A stretch of DNA of 64,000 bases from Bacteroidales bacterium (GTDB lineage: Bacteria > Bacteroidota > Bacteroidia > Bacteroidales > VadinHA17): positions 550 through 64,549 of the forward strand of contig JALONT010000007.1 in the NCBI GenBank assembly GCA_025454795.1, given 5' to 3'. The notes beneath the pieces were generated by a model. The model was not told where the DNA came from and did no database searches. It saw only the letters and a program-made list of their open reading frames with translations. Position numbers and translations under genes: made by a program. Below are positions 20,036 through 29,794 of the stretch, piece after piece. The first letter of the stretch is position 1; each line of letters opens with the position of its first letter.

Positions 20036-21205
20036 TCAATTATCCAGTTTTCCAGCTCCGTTGCCGATTTCCGGCTGATAAAAATCAGCGACCAATCCGG
20101 TTTTCTTTGTATAAACCACAGACAACTCTTTCATGAATCTTGCTGAGTCTTTGGTTCTGACAATACTGACTGTGCATCCGCCAAATCCGGCTCCGGTCAT
20201 CCGGGTCCCGATTACTCCGGGAAGCTTTCTCCCTTCATACACAAGTGTATCCAGTTCAATGCCTGTCACTTCGTAGTCTTCCTTCAGCGAATCATGCGAT
20301 TCATTCATCAGTTCACCAAACCTTATGATATTGTATTCTTTCAGCACTTTAACTGCTTCAAGAACACGGCCATTCTCGCTTATTACATGCTTAGCCCTCT
20401 GTCTGACAACAGGATCCTGTATGTGCTTCTCCAGAAGTGGTATTTCTCCTGTTGTAAGTTCACTTAAATTACGGATTGGCATATATATTTGCAATTGTTC
20501 GACTGCCTTATCGCATTCTGCACGACGCTCATTATATTTTGAGTCGGTGAGTCCTCTTCTTTTGTTTGTATTGGTTATTACCAGCGAACAATCATTTAGA
20601 ATTATCGGAACATTTTCGTATAAAAGTGTGTCGCAGTTCAGGTATATTGCATGATCCTTCCTGCCAAAACCAACAGCAAACTGATCCATTATCCCACAGT
20701 TCATTCCGACAAATTCATTCTCGGCCTTCTGACTCATCTTTACCAGTTCCAGGGTGCTGAGTCCTGCACTGAATAATTCGTTAAGGGCTACTGCAGTTAC
20801 CATTTCTATGGAAGCAGAGGAGGAGAGACCCGCTCCGTTTGGTACATCCCCAAAGTATAATAATTCCATCCCTTCTATAGTGATCCCTTTTTTCAGAAAT
20901 TCATTAATAACACCAAGCGGATAATTGATCCATTTTTTACCGGTATTAACGAATAATCCGTTGAGTTCAGCCACTTCGTCGCTGTTAAAGTTCAGAGTGC
21001 TGAATTTGAGTTTATTGCTTTTGATCTTTCTGACAGAAAGATATGTCCCGTAATTGAGAGCACACGGAAATACAAATCCTCCGTTGTAGTCGGTATGTTC
21101 TCCTATTAGGTTGACCCTTCCGGGTGAGAAAAAAAGAACAGGCTTTTCATTCCTGTTCCCGTATTTTTCATAAAATTTGTCAGTGAATTTTTCTGTATCC
21201 ATCAA
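20036..21205 (-). CDS. galK: Galactokinase
   Basis: GRVNLIGEHTDYNGG and PNGAGLSSSAS (GHMP kinase) motifs. Confidence 0.9.
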   Translation of the reverse strand: MMDTEKFTDKFYEKYGNRNEKPVLFFSPGRVNLIGEHTDYNGGFVFPCALNYGTYLSVRKIKSNKLKFSTLNFNSDEVAELNGLFVNTGKKWINYPLGVINEFLKKGITIEGMELLYFGDVPNGAGLSSSASIEMVTAVALNELFSAGLSTLELVKMSQKAENEFVGMNCGIMDQFAVGFGRKDHAIYLNCDTLLYENVPIILNDCSLVITNTNKRRGLTDSKYNERRAECDKAVEQLQIYMPIRNLSELTTGEIPLLEKHIQDPVVRQRAKHVISENGRVLEAVKVLKEYNIIRFGELMNESHDSLKEDYEVTGIELDTLVYEGRKLPGVIGTRMTGAGFGGCTVSIVRTKDSARFMKELSVVYTKKTGLVADFYQPEIGNGAGKLDN

Positions 21206-22636
21206 TTAGACTTTTAGTTTCTTTTCAATTTCGTTAATCTGGTTTCTGAAATGCTTGTCGGTATCTATAAGATTGTTGACTGTTTTGCAGGCATGCAATA
21301 CTGTTGCATGGTCTTTACCTCCGATATGCGAGCCTATGCTCGCCAGTGATGCTTTTGTGAGACTTTTTGAGAAGTACATTGATACCTGCCTTGCCTGTAC
21401 TATCTCCCTTTTTCTTGTCTTCCCCTGGATCAGATCAATCGGGATCTTATAATAGTCACACACGATTTTCTGGATATATTCAATTGTTATCTCTCTTCTT
21501 GCTGTGCTGATTAGTTTTTCAACCATCAGTCTTGCAAGGTCAAGAGTTATCTCTTTTCTGTTCAGTGTTGATTGTGCATAAAGAGATATAAGGACAGCCT
21601 CGAGTTCCCTGATATTATTTGAGATGTTGGCTGCCAGGTATTCAAAAATCTCATCAGGCAGTTCAATGCCGTCATTATAAGCTTTTTTCTTCAGGATAGC
21701 CAGACGTGTTTCATAATCCGGCCTCTGGAGATCGGCCTGAAGTCCCCATTTAAACCTGGAGAGGAGTCTCTGTTCCATTCCCTGAAGATCCACGGGTGGC
21801 TTATCGCATGTGAGTATCAGTTGTTTCCCTGACTGGTGAAGATGATTGAAGATATGAAAGAAGGTATCCTGTGTTTTTTCCTTGCCTGCAAATTCATGCA
21901 CATCATCTAGGATAAGAACATCGATCATCTGATAGAAATGGAGAAAATCATTTTTATTATTGTTCCTTACTGACTCTACAAACTGGGTTTGAAATTTATT
22001 TGCATTAACATAGAGAACTATTCTGTCAGGGTGCTTCTCTTTTACAAGTATTCCTATCGCCTGGGCAAGATGTGTTTTACCGAGTCCCGAGTCGCCGTAA
22101 ATCATGAGAGGATTGAAAGCTGTTCCTCCCGGATTATTACCGACAGCTATTCCGGCAGAGCGAGCAAGCCTGTTGCATTCGCCTTCCACATAGTTTGTGA
22201 AATTGTAATCGGGATTTAATTTAGGGTCAAAATGAACCTTTTTGATCCCAGGTATTACAAACGGATTCTTTATTGAAGGTTGGGTTACATCGAAAGGAAC
22301 CTGAACAGGTTTGTTATTAAGGTCTGTTTTATTTCTTGAAGGGTATCTGACTGTATATGGCTTACCATCAGAATAATTGGCATTCTCCATCACGACGTTG
22401 TACTCAAGCTTGGCATCGGTTCCGATCTCCCTCCTGAGGGTTTTCCTCAGAATATCAATATACTGTTCCTCAAGGTACTCATAGAAAAAAGGACTGGGAA
22501 CCTGGATGGTCAGCACATTGTTTTCAAGCTTCAAGGGGATAATCGGTTCAAACCATGTTTTGTAACTGATGGATGGAATAATATCCCTGATGATTTGAAG
22601 ACAGTTATTCCAAACGTCATGATGTGTTTTGTTCAT
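21206..22636 (-). CDS. dnaA: Chromosomal replication initiator DnaA
   Basis: GDSGLGKTHLAQAIG, LILDDVHEF, and a C-terminal DNA-binding helix (RQVSMYFSKSLT..SLASIG..GGKDHATVLHA). Confidence 0.95.
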   Translation of the reverse strand: MNKTHHDVWNNCLQIIRDIIPSISYKTWFEPIIPLKLENNVLTIQVPSPFFYEYLEEQYIDILRKTLRREIGTDAKLEYNVVMENANYSDGKPYTVRYPSRNKTDLNNKPVQVPFDVTQPSIKNPFVIPGIKKVHFDPKLNPDYNFTNYVEGECNRLARSAGIAVGNNPGGTAFNPLMIYGDSGLGKTHLAQAIGILVKEKHPDRIVLYVNANKFQTQFVESVRNNNKNDFLHFYQMIDVLILDDVHEFAGKEKTQDTFFHIFNHLHQSGKQLILTCDKPPVDLQGMEQRLLSRFKWGLQADLQRPDYETRLAILKKKAYNDGIELPDEIFEYLAANISNNIRELEAVLISLYAQSTLNRKEITLDLARLMVEKLISTARREITIEYIQKIVCDYYKIPIDLIQGKTRKREIVQARQVSMYFSKSLTKASLASIGSHIGGKDHATVLHACKTVNNLIDTDKHFRNQINEIEKKLKV

Positions 22637-22977
22637 TTATGTTGGCTATTTTAATTTTAAAGGTTAGTGACCAGTCTGATTCGTCTAGCAATATTTGTAA
22701 AAAAAAAACTTATAAACAAAACTTTTTTTACTTGATTTTCTCAAAAAAAGTATATGTTTTTAAACATCAGCAACTTATGAAAAATATTTTTTTCTGTCTT
22801 CATATCACATTCATTATCAGTCGATTATAATAATATAAATTGTTTTGTCGGTGTGCCACAATTCATTATGAGCACTTACTCAAAATTTAACAATCAGGGT
22901 ATAAAATGAGTATTATCTTGACCTTGATTTTGTTTTATTCTTCAAGATGAAGATAATCTGAATTTTATGATTTCAGA

Positions 22978-23931
22978 TCATTCTGACGGAATATTTTTTT
23001 TGCCGAAGAGAGAAAAGTGAACATACCTTTTCGGATTGGCTTTTATATCCTCTAAAAGTGCATTCAGATTTTTAAGAGTGTCTGTGAGGTCTTCGTAAAG
23101 GGAGTCATTTGTCAGTATTTGTCCCGCACTTCCTTTTCCTTCATTCAGATTTCCGATAAGCAGGGAAGTTTTTTCAAGAGATGTTTTAAGATTCATTACC
23201 AGATTGTAAATATCAGCTGCAGCGAGGGTATCGGTAACAGATTCGAGACTGGTGAATGTATCGGCCATCCTTGAGGAATTGTCAGAAAGCATTTGTGAAA
23301 ACCTTGCAATATTGTCCAGTGTGGTTTTAAGTTCTTTCTCTCTTGTTCCGATAACCCGATCAATGCTTTCAGTTGTGCTGTTAAGGTTTGCAACTGTACC
23401 CTTCAAATCTCCTCTGAATCCCGCATCCATAATATCATCAACAGAAACAATAACTGAATCGATGACATCGAGTAGATTTGAAATTTTTTCCTTTATCGGA
23501 CCTAACTCCTCCTCAATTGTAGTAGTAATAGAGGCATTTAATTTTCCCGGAATTGTATCTCCGTATTTATAAAATCCCGGACCATCACCGTAAACAAATT
23601 GTGCTTTCATTCCGGCTATGATTGATACGGGAACTATTTCGGCAACTGTGCTAACCGGAAGTTTAAAACCCTTGCTTACCGAAAAAGTAACAAGAAGTCT
23701 TCCACTGGTTTCATCGATGAAATGAATTGACTGAACCACTCCAACCTTATATCCGTTAATTTCAACTGGACTGGATTCTGCAAGTCCTCCTATTTCATCA
23801 TATACCGAATAATAGAGTGTTGAGTTCGAGAATAAGTCTTTCCCTTTAAGAAAATTGTACAAGAAGATAAATGCAACAATTGTTAACAGAGCAACCACTC
23901 CTACCTTTACTTCATTTGATATCTTAGCCAT
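22978..23931 (-). CDS. MlaD/MCE-family protein
   Basis: N-terminal TM followed by an MCE domain (GGLAESSPVEINGYKVGVV). Confidence 0.8.
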   Translation of the reverse strand: MAKISNEVKVGVVALLTIVAFIFLYNFLKGKDLFSNSTLYYSVYDEIGGLAESSPVEINGYKVGVVQSIHFIDETSGRLLVTFSVSKGFKLPVSTVAEIVPVSIIAGMKAQFVYGDGPGFYKYGDTIPGKLNASITTTIEEELGPIKEKISNLLDVIDSVIVSVDDIMDAGFRGDLKGTVANLNSTTESIDRVIGTREKELKTTLDNIARFSQMLSDNSSRMADTFTSLESVTDTLAAADIYNLVMNLKTSLEKTSLLIGNLNEGKGSAGQILTNDSLYEDLTDTLKNLNALLEDIKANPKRYVHFSLFGKKNIPSE

Positions 23932-23942
23932 CAGATATGTTT

Positions 23943-25139
23943 TTATTTTTTCCTTTTTTGTTCGAGAGCCTGCTGCAAAGGTAATATTTTGTTGTCTTTT
24001 ACAGCAATTACAAAAGCATCAGGATAAATTGCTTCTATCTTTTTCCGATGTTTCACTGCTTCAGTATAATTGTCGAATTTTCCGGTTGCATACTTAAAAC
24101 GATCATTTGCTTTTAATTCAGTTATTTCGTTTAATCCGTTAAAATTCTCAGGTTTCATTTCTGTCCCTGTTGCGGAGGTGGCAACCTGTACCATAAATAC
24201 GAGTTTGTTTTCCGGAACCTGCCCTTCTTTGTAATCTCCGGAACTGAGGTCAGGTTCATTTGCTTTTACAGCAGATATACCGCTCCTTGCATCAATTTCA
24301 TTCATATAATCCCTGCATGCCCTGTAAATAGCCGACGCCATATAATCCTGTCCCTGTTTGGAAATGAGAAACTTCTCTTCGGCAGCGTTGGTGACAAATC
24401 CTGTCTCAACCAGGACGCTTGGCATGGTAGTATTGAACAGAACCCAGAAGCCTGCCTGTTTAACCCCCCGGTTTTTTCGCTCGACTCTCTCGGTAAACTG
24501 AGTCTGAATTTTTAATGCAAGATCGGTACTCTGTTTCTGGAAAACATTCTGCATCAGGGTAAAAATAATATATGATTCAGACGATTTCGGATCAAATCCC
24601 TGATATTTGGTTGAATAGTCATCCTCCAGGAGGATAACCTCATTCTCCTTCATTGCAACAGCAAGGTTTTCATCATCTTTTGTAACTCCCATAATGTATG
24701 TTTCGGAACCGGCAACACCTGAATTTTTAGCCCAATTTGAATGAATAGAAATGAAGAGGTCGGCATTATTCTGATTTGCTATCCTGGGACGTTCAATGAG
24801 ATCAACAGTTGAATCATCATTCCTCGTATATACAACAGTTACATTTTTCAGGTTCTCTCTGATATACTCACCTGTTTTTAAGGCTATTGCAAGATTTATA
24901 TTTTTTTCCATGCTGAAAGATCCCAGTGCTCCCGGATCTCTTCCTCCATGCCCGGGATCTATAACAATGACCCATTTCCCTTCATTCTTAGGATCAGGCA
25001 GCGATGCATATATATTATAAGGTATAATAAAAAGTAACAGCAATTTTAAACTATATATATTAACGGCATGAAGTTTGCCGTTTTTAATTCCGGTACGCAT
25101 AATCAGTTCACTTTTTTTTAATAGTTTTGCCGCTGACAT
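23943..25139 (-). CDS. N-acetylmuramoyl-L-alanine amidase with C-terminal SPOR-like domain
   Basis: VIVIDPGHGGRDPGA, DLFISIHSN and VLVETGFVTN motifs. The first ATG (25139, MSAAKLL) is preferred over the listed TTG at 25154, because a TATTTTTG box sits at 25163-25170. Confidence 0.85.
   Translation of the reverse strand: MSAAKLLKKSELIMRTGIKNGKLHAVNIYSLKLLLLFIIPYNIYASLPDPKNEGKWVIVIDPGHGGRDPGALGSFSMEKNINLAIALKTGEYIRENLKNVTVVYTRNDDSTVDLIERPRIANQNNADLFISIHSNWAKNSGVAGSETYIMGVTKDDENLAVAMKENEVILLEDDYSTKYQGFDPKSSESYIIFTLMQNVFQKQSTDLALKIQTQFTERVERKNRGVKQAGFWVLFNTTMPSVLVETGFVTNAAEEKFLISKQGQDYMASAIYRACRDYMNEIDARSGISAVKANEPDLSSGDYKEGQVPENKLVFMVQVATSATGTEMKPENFNGLNEITELKANDRFKYATGKFDNYTEAVKHRKKIEAIYPDAFVIAVKDNKILPLQQALEQKRKK
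25122..25129 (+). promoter_or_regulatory. -7 box TAGTTTTG for the lptD-like gene (divergent, interleaved with the amidase promoter)
   Basis: Exact TAnnTTTG on the plus strand. Confidence 0.4.
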
Positions 25140-25162
25140 CCCGACGTCATACAAAAACTGTA

Positions 25163-25170
25163 CAAAAATA
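25163..25170 (-). promoter_or_regulatory. -7 box TATTTTTG for the amidase-mlaD operon
   Basis: Exact TAnnTTTG on the minus strand, 24 nt upstream of ATG 25139. Confidence 0.4.
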
Positions 25171-25179
25171 GTATTTAAG

Positions 25180-27843
25180 TTGTATTTTTTTAAAGAAAAG
25201 CGGTTCCTTGTAGTGTTCCTCGTGATGGTCCATTCACTTTTAATGTTCTCTCAGGAAGGAATAGTTATTCCCGACTCTTTAAAACTACATGCCGATACAA
25301 TAGTTTCAGATACTGTAAGAAGTCTGAAAAAGATTTCTTCGGATGCAATCGATAAACAGGTAACTTATAATGCAGAAGGGTACATTAAAAATGATCTTGT
25401 TGGCAAAAAATCTATAATGGTTACAGCTGCAATAGTTAATTATGGTGATATTGAGATAAAGGCCGACTCCATTGTATTTGATATGGAAACAAATATGGTT
25501 TATGCTGTAGGGATAAAAGACTCCACAGGCACTGTAACCGGCAAACCATCATTCAAATCCGGATCGCAGGAATTTGAAGCCGATACGCTCAGGTATAACT
25601 TTAAAACAAAAAAGGCAGTGGTCAAGAACATTATCACACAGCAGGATGAAGGACTTCTGCACAGTGCTGTAACCAAACTTCTTGATGACGGAACTTCCAA
25701 CATCTATAACAGCACATATTCGACATGTGATGCTGATACTCCGCATTTTGCCATATACCTTCTTAAAGCCAAGGTATATCCCGGTAAAAAAATTGTTTCA
25801 GGGCCTGCTAATCTTGTATTGGAGGGGATACCTTTACCGCTTTATCTTCCTTTCGGCTTTTTTCCGGTTCAGACGAAGACGGCAGCCTCCGGTCTTATTA
25901 TTCCCAGACCCCATTATGAAGAGGGAAGGGGTTATGCTCTGACTGATGGGGGTTATTATTTTGCAATAAATGATTATTTCGACCTGACGCTGAAAGGAAA
26001 CTTCTTTGCCAACGGATCGTGGATGACAACCGCATCGACAAGTTATAATAAACTATATAAGTACAGCGGTAACTTTTCATTCAGTTATGCCAATAACATT
26101 TCAGGCCATAAGGGATTATCTGATTATAATAAATCGACAAACTACAGTCTTGGATGGACCTATTCACAGAATGCCAAGGCAAGACCCGGCTCAAGGTTTA
26201 GTGCAAGTGTCAATATGAGCTCAAGTGGTTTTGACAGGAATAACAGTTATAACCTGAATGACCATATTACGACAACAAGGCAGTCGAGTGTCAGCTATTC
26301 CAAAACATGGGAAGGTACTCCGTTTAACTTCTCGGCCAGCATGAACCACAGTCAGAATGTGAGGAATAAAACCGTGTCACTGAATCTCCCGAGAATGAGC
26401 TTCAGTGCATCGAGAATCTATCCTTTAAAGCGTAAAAACAGCACCGGCTCCCAAAAATGGTATCAGGAACTTCAGTTCCAGTACTCAGCATCCCTCGATA
26501 ATCAGATCAGTACTTACGACAGCCTTTTATTTACCGGTGAGGTCTGGAAAAATATGAGGAACGGTTTCTCACACGATGCCCCATTGAGTTTGCAGATCCG
26601 GCCTTTCAGAAACTTTTCAATATCACCTCAGATCTCTTACAGGGGTGTTATGTATACTCAGAAAATTGAAAGAAGATGGGATCCTGCTTACATTGATCCT
26701 GTGACAAATGCGATTGTCCCTTCTGTTGTAAGGGATACACTGAGGGGCTTTTTTTACGGACATGCTATAAATCCTTCAATTAGTGCAGGTTATAGTCCCC
26801 AGATCTTCGGGATGTTCCAGTTTACAAATCCGGATTCCAGGTTGCAGGTAATCCGTCATGTTATGAAACCTTCAGTGAGCTTCAGCTACGTACCCTCATT
26901 CCAGGGTTTCAGTTCCAGAATGTACAGGCAGGTACAGGTCAATGTCGATACTACCAGAACGAAAAGTGAATATTCAATCTTTGAGGGGAATATTTATGGA
27001 ACACCATCCTTATCACGGAGGAGCGGAAATCTCTCTTTTAGTCTGACAAACATTCTGGAAGCTAAAATATTTCAGCGAAACGACACTACCGGGAAACCAC
27101 AGAAAGTGAACCTGATTGATAATTTTGGCATAAATACTTCCTATAACATTTTTGCTGATTCACTGAGGTGGAGCCCCATAACAATGGTTATGAGAACTAC
27201 TCTTTTCAAAAATATAAATATCTCAACCAACAGTAATTTTTCCCTCTACGGACTAAATAGCAGAGGAAGTCAGATTGGAACTTATTATTATTCACAGACT
27301 AAGAAACTTATGCGTCTAAACAGTTTCACAGTCGGAATGGATTTCAGCCTGAGTGAACTTCTGAAAGGAAAGGATGCAAAAAAGAAGTCCGGTACACCAC
27401 AGGCTTCTTCCAGAATGGGAGAAACCATATCCAGGGCTCCAAATCCTGAAAGCCCCGTATCTGGTACAGAGAACAGGGGTAGTCAGTTTGATGAATACGG
27501 GTATGCCACATTTGATGTTCCATGGTCAATGAATATCAATTACAGTATGAATTATTCCAAGCCTTCTCTGAAGTCAACTTTCACCCAGACACTTTCTGTT
27601 AACGGTAATGTCGCCCTTACAAAAAAAATGAATATAACTTATAGTACGGGTTATGATTTTACGAGTGCGGCAATAACGATGACACAGATAACGGTAACGA
27701 GGGATCTTCATTGCTGGGATATGAGTTTCAACTGGATACCAAACGGATATATGAAAATGTGGGAGTTTTCGATAAAGGTTAAAGCCTCTGTTCTGGCCGA
27801 TCTGAAATATGAGCGCAGAAAAGATTACCATGATAATTACTAA
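25180..27843 (+). CDS. LptD/OstA-like outer-membrane LPS-assembly protein
   Basis: OstA-like N-terminal domain followed by a long beta-rich region (Y/F/S/N-rich alternating pattern). The start is uncertain: TTG 25180 gives the signal peptide YFFKEKRFLVVFLVMVHSLLMFSQ, while the listed 25075 start overlaps the amidase gene. Confidence 0.7.
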   Translation: MYFFKEKRFLVVFLVMVHSLLMFSQEGIVIPDSLKLHADTIVSDTVRSLKKISSDAIDKQVTYNAEGYIKNDLVGKKSIMVTAAIVNYGDIEIKADSIVFDMETNMVYAVGIKDSTGTVTGKPSFKSGSQEFEADTLRYNFKTKKAVVKNIITQQDEGLLHSAVTKLLDDGTSNIYNSTYSTCDADTPHFAIYLLKAKVYPGKKIVSGPANLVLEGIPLPLYLPFGFFPVQTKTAASGLIIPRPHYEEGRGYALTDGGYYFAINDYFDLTLKGNFFANGSWMTTASTSYNKLYKYSGNFSFSYANNISGHKGLSDYNKSTNYSLGWTYSQNAKARPGSRFSASVNMSSSGFDRNNSYNLNDHITTTRQSSVSYSKTWEGTPFNFSASMNHSQNVRNKTVSLNLPRMSFSASRIYPLKRKNSTGSQKWYQELQFQYSASLDNQISTYDSLLFTGEVWKNMRNGFSHDAPLSLQIRPFRNFSISPQISYRGVMYTQKIERRWDPAYIDPVTNAIVPSVVRDTLRGFFYGHAINPSISAGYSPQIFGMFQFTNPDSRLQVIRHVMKPSVSFSYVPSFQGFSSRMYRQVQVNVDTTRTKSEYSIFEGNIYGTPSLSRRSGNLSFSLTNILEAKIFQRNDTTGKPQKVNLIDNFGINTSYNIFADSLRWSPITMVMRTTLFKNINISTNSNFSLYGLNSRGSQIGTYYYSQTKKLMRLNSFTVGMDFSLSELLKGKDAKKKSGTPQASSRMGETISRAPNPESPVSGTENRGSQFDEYGYATFDVPWSMNINYSMNYSKPSLKSTFTQTLSVNGNVALTKKMNITYSTGYDFTSAAITMTQITVTRDLHCWDMSFNWIPNGYMKMWEFSIKVKASVLADLKYERRKDYHDNY

Positions 27844-27854
27844 ACCAACCATAT

Positions 27855-28232
27855 ATGAAGCGAATCATTAAAACCCGGAATGCACCTGCTGCAATTGGAC
27901 CTTATAGTCAGGCAGTTGAAATACACAGAACGCTTTACATCTCAGGACAGATTGCAATTGATCCTAATACAGGAAAGATGATTGAGGGAGACATTACCGC
28001 ACAGACAGAACAGGTTATGAAAAACATTGAAGCTATTCTTCATGAAGCAGGATACACATTTCTGCAGGTTGTGAAATCAACCTGTCTCCTGAGTGAAATT
28101 TCAAATTTCAAAGCGATGAATGAAGTCTACGGACGCTATTACTTTGATTATCAGCCTGCAAGGGCTGCATTTGCTGTAAAAGAGCTGCCGCTGGGGGCAC
28201 TTATTGAGATTGAGACTATTGCTGTAAAATAA
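27855..28232 (+). CDS. ridA: RidA-family reactive intermediate deaminase
   Basis: APAAIGPYSQAV.., PARAAFAVKELPLGALIEIE. Confidence 0.9.
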   Translation: MKRIIKTRNAPAAIGPYSQAVEIHRTLYISGQIAIDPNTGKMIEGDITAQTEQVMKNIEAILHEAGYTFLQVVKSTCLLSEISNFKAMNEVYGRYYFDYQPARAAFAVKELPLGALIEIETIAVK

Positions 28233-28273
28233 AATTACTTTAACATCTGATCCCCTGTAACGCTTCGCGGCAT

Positions 28274-28290
28274 CTCCACCAATGGGGGAG
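28274..28290. repeat. Short GC-rich hairpin CTCCACC-AAT-GGGGGAG
   Basis: Read directly. The CAATGGG(G/A)G core resembles CAATGGGAGGGGAT at 60359-60372. Confidence 0.4.
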
Positions 28291-28322
28291 AATTAAAAAA
28301 GGCGTTATCAAAAAAATGAGGC

Positions 28323-28470
28323 TGTATCAAAAGGTATTTTAACCACCCCGTCATGACCCTTCGGGCATGACACCCCTCCTTGAAAAGGAGGGGAAATATT
28401 TGATAATTAACACATTAAGGAGGAGTACCCCTGACAACAGTCAGGGGGGAGGTGGTTGACTTTTGATACA
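28323..28470. other. 148-nt GC-rich nested inverted-repeat element (candidate structured RNA or REP/MITE-like repeat)
   Basis: The outer stems are TGTATCAAAAG (28323-33) / CTTTTGATACA (28460-70) and AACCACC (28341-47) / GGTGGTT (28451-57). They enclose three GC-rich hairpins: 28350-71 (loop CUUCG), 28373-93 (loop GAAA) and 28428-47 (8 bp, loop AACA). A weak AT hairpin sits at 28407-18. Confidence 0.6.
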
Positions 28471-28496
28471 CCCCCTTAATATTAAAATTTAATTTA

Positions 28497-28943
28497 TTAT
28501 TCTGCCGCAATCTCAAAATCAACCTCTACTTTTACATCCCTGTGCAACTTAATAACAGCCTTATATTTTCCAACCTCTTTAATCTGATCCTCAGGAAGGG
28601 AAATGTTCTTTCTGTCGATATCGAATCCCTTTTCTTTAAGAGCTTCAGCAATCTGGATGGTATTCACAGAACCAAAAATCTTACCGGAGCTACTTGTTTT
28701 TGCGCCCACAACGATCTGCAGGCCTTTCATTTTTTCTGCAACTTCCTGGGCTTCCGCTTTGATCTTCTCTTCCTTATGTGCTCTTTGTCTCAGGTTTTCT
28801 GCATGCATTTTTTTTGCTGACGATGTAGCTGCAACTGCATAACCTCTCGGGATAAGAAAATTTCTTCCGTATCCGTCTTTGACATTTACCAGATCATTTT
28901 TCAGTCCAAGTTTATTGACGTCCTGTAATAAAATAATTTCCAT
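28497..28943 (-). CDS. rplI: 50S ribosomal protein L9
   Basis: MEIILLQDVNKLG..VKDGYGRNFLIP. Confidence 0.95.
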   Translation of the reverse strand: MEIILLQDVNKLGLKNDLVNVKDGYGRNFLIPRGYAVAATSSAKKMHAENLRQRAHKEEKIKAEAQEVAEKMKGLQIVVGAKTSSSGKIFGSVNTIQIAEALKEKGFDIDRKNISLPEDQIKEVGKYKAVIKLHRDVKVEVDFEIAAE

Positions 28944-28955
28944 AATCTCCCCTCC

Positions 28956-29225
28956 TTATTTTAATAGATCTGTAACGTAAGGAAGAAGTGCAATATGACG
29001 AGCTCTTTTAACAGCTTTTGCCACTTTCCTCTGATATTTAAGCGATGTACCGGTGATCCTGCGGGGCAGGATTTTTCCCTGGTCATTCAGGAATTTCTTG
29101 AGGAACTCAGGATCTTTATAATCAATATACCTGATCCTGTTCTTCTTAAAACGGCAGTATTTCTTTTTCTTGACTTCTACAGTAGGGGGAGTCAAATATC
29201 TGATTTCTGATTCGTTCTGTGCCAT
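28956..29225 (-). CDS. rpsR: 30S ribosomal protein S18
   Basis: YIDYKD...LKKF....[10 protein letters not shown]....QR.VA.AVKRAR..ALLPY. Confidence 0.95.
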   Translation of the reverse strand: MAQNESEIRYLTPPTVEVKKKKYCRFKKNRIRYIDYKDPEFLKKFLNDQGKILPRRITGTSLKYQRKVAKAVKRARHIALLPYVTDLLK

Positions 29226-29228
29226 TTC

Positions 29229-29582
29229 TTATTCCTCCTTTGTTTTACCTGATTCCTTCTGTTTTCTCTTCTTCTCTGCATATTCTACAGCAAATTTCTC
29301 CATCCTGAATGTCAGGAACCTGATGATTCTTTCATCCCGGCGATACTGAACTTCAAGTTTCTCAATAATCGGTCCCTCACCTTTGAATTCGATCAGGTAA
29401 TAGAAGCCTGTCGACTTTTTCTGAATGGGATAGGCCAGTTTTTTCAGGCCCCAGTTTTCTTCATGAACGATCTCACCCGTATTGTCGGTGATGATCTTCT
29501 TGAACTTTTGTACCGCTTCCTTCATCTGGTTCTCAGATAAAACGGGAGTTGCAATGAAAACGGTTTCGTACTGATTCAACAT
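29229..29582 (-). CDS. rpsF: 30S ribosomal protein S6
   Basis: YETVFI..P.LSE....E.V.KF...I...GG.I...E.WG.KKLAY.I. Confidence 0.95.
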   Translation of the reverse strand: MLNQYETVFIATPVLSENQMKEAVQKFKKIITDNTGEIVHEENWGLKKLAYPIQKKSTGFYYLIEFKGEGPIIEKLEVQYRRDERIIRFLTFRMEKFAVEYAEKKRKQKESGKTKEE

Positions 29583-29620
29583 AGTAATTATTTGTTAATT
29601 AATTTAATGATTTTGGACCG

Positions 29621-29628
29621 CAAAAGTA
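29621..29628 (-). promoter_or_regulatory. -7 box TACTTTTG for the rpsF-rpsR-rplI operon
   Basis: Exact TAnnTTTG (extended form TACTTTTGCGG), 39 nt upstream of ATG 29582. Confidence 0.5.
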
Positions 29629-29752
29629 CATCTTTTTCGGTTAAACAAAAAATATTGAACATAAAATTATGCCTTTATCTTTAATCATTATTCAGAACTC
29701 TGATGTTAAGTGTTAAATTCTTGCAGGCATCTTATTTCGTTGGCTTTTTAAC

Positions 29753-29760
29753 TATATTTG
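29753..29760 (+). promoter_or_regulatory. -7 box TATATTTG for dnaX
   Basis: Exact TAnnTTTG, 35 nt upstream of ATG 29795. Confidence 0.45.
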
Positions 29761-29794
29761 TAATGCACAAATTTTGAAGGAGAAAGTCAGCTTT

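Noticed and set aside
22624-22830. 68-aa ORF in the dnaA upstream spacer
   Set aside because: It is an AT-rich, low-complexity translation that starts inside the dnaA 5' end on the opposite strand, with no start-site context.
22637-22977. Possible oriC in the 341-bp AT-rich spacer upstream of dnaA
   Set aside because: I found no TTATCCACA/TGTGGATAA DnaA box on either strand; the best match is TGTGCCACA at 6/9. The motifs are not clustered, and dnaN is not adjacent (galK follows dnaA directly). Without a GC-skew calculation or a box cluster, the call is unsupported.
25075-25179. Longer LptD-like start overlapping the amidase gene
   Set aside because: It would overlap the divergent amidase coding region and both -7 boxes. 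The signal-peptide-like sequence begins only at TTG 25180.
28233-28496. tRNA, or a known ribosomal-protein-associated motif (e.g. Bacteroidales-1), in the ridA/rplI spacer
   Set aside because: There is no cloverleaf and no GTTCGAAT-type T-loop. Bacteroidales-1 is described near L20 genes, not L9, and I cannot verify its consensus from memory. The region is kept only as an unassigned structured element.
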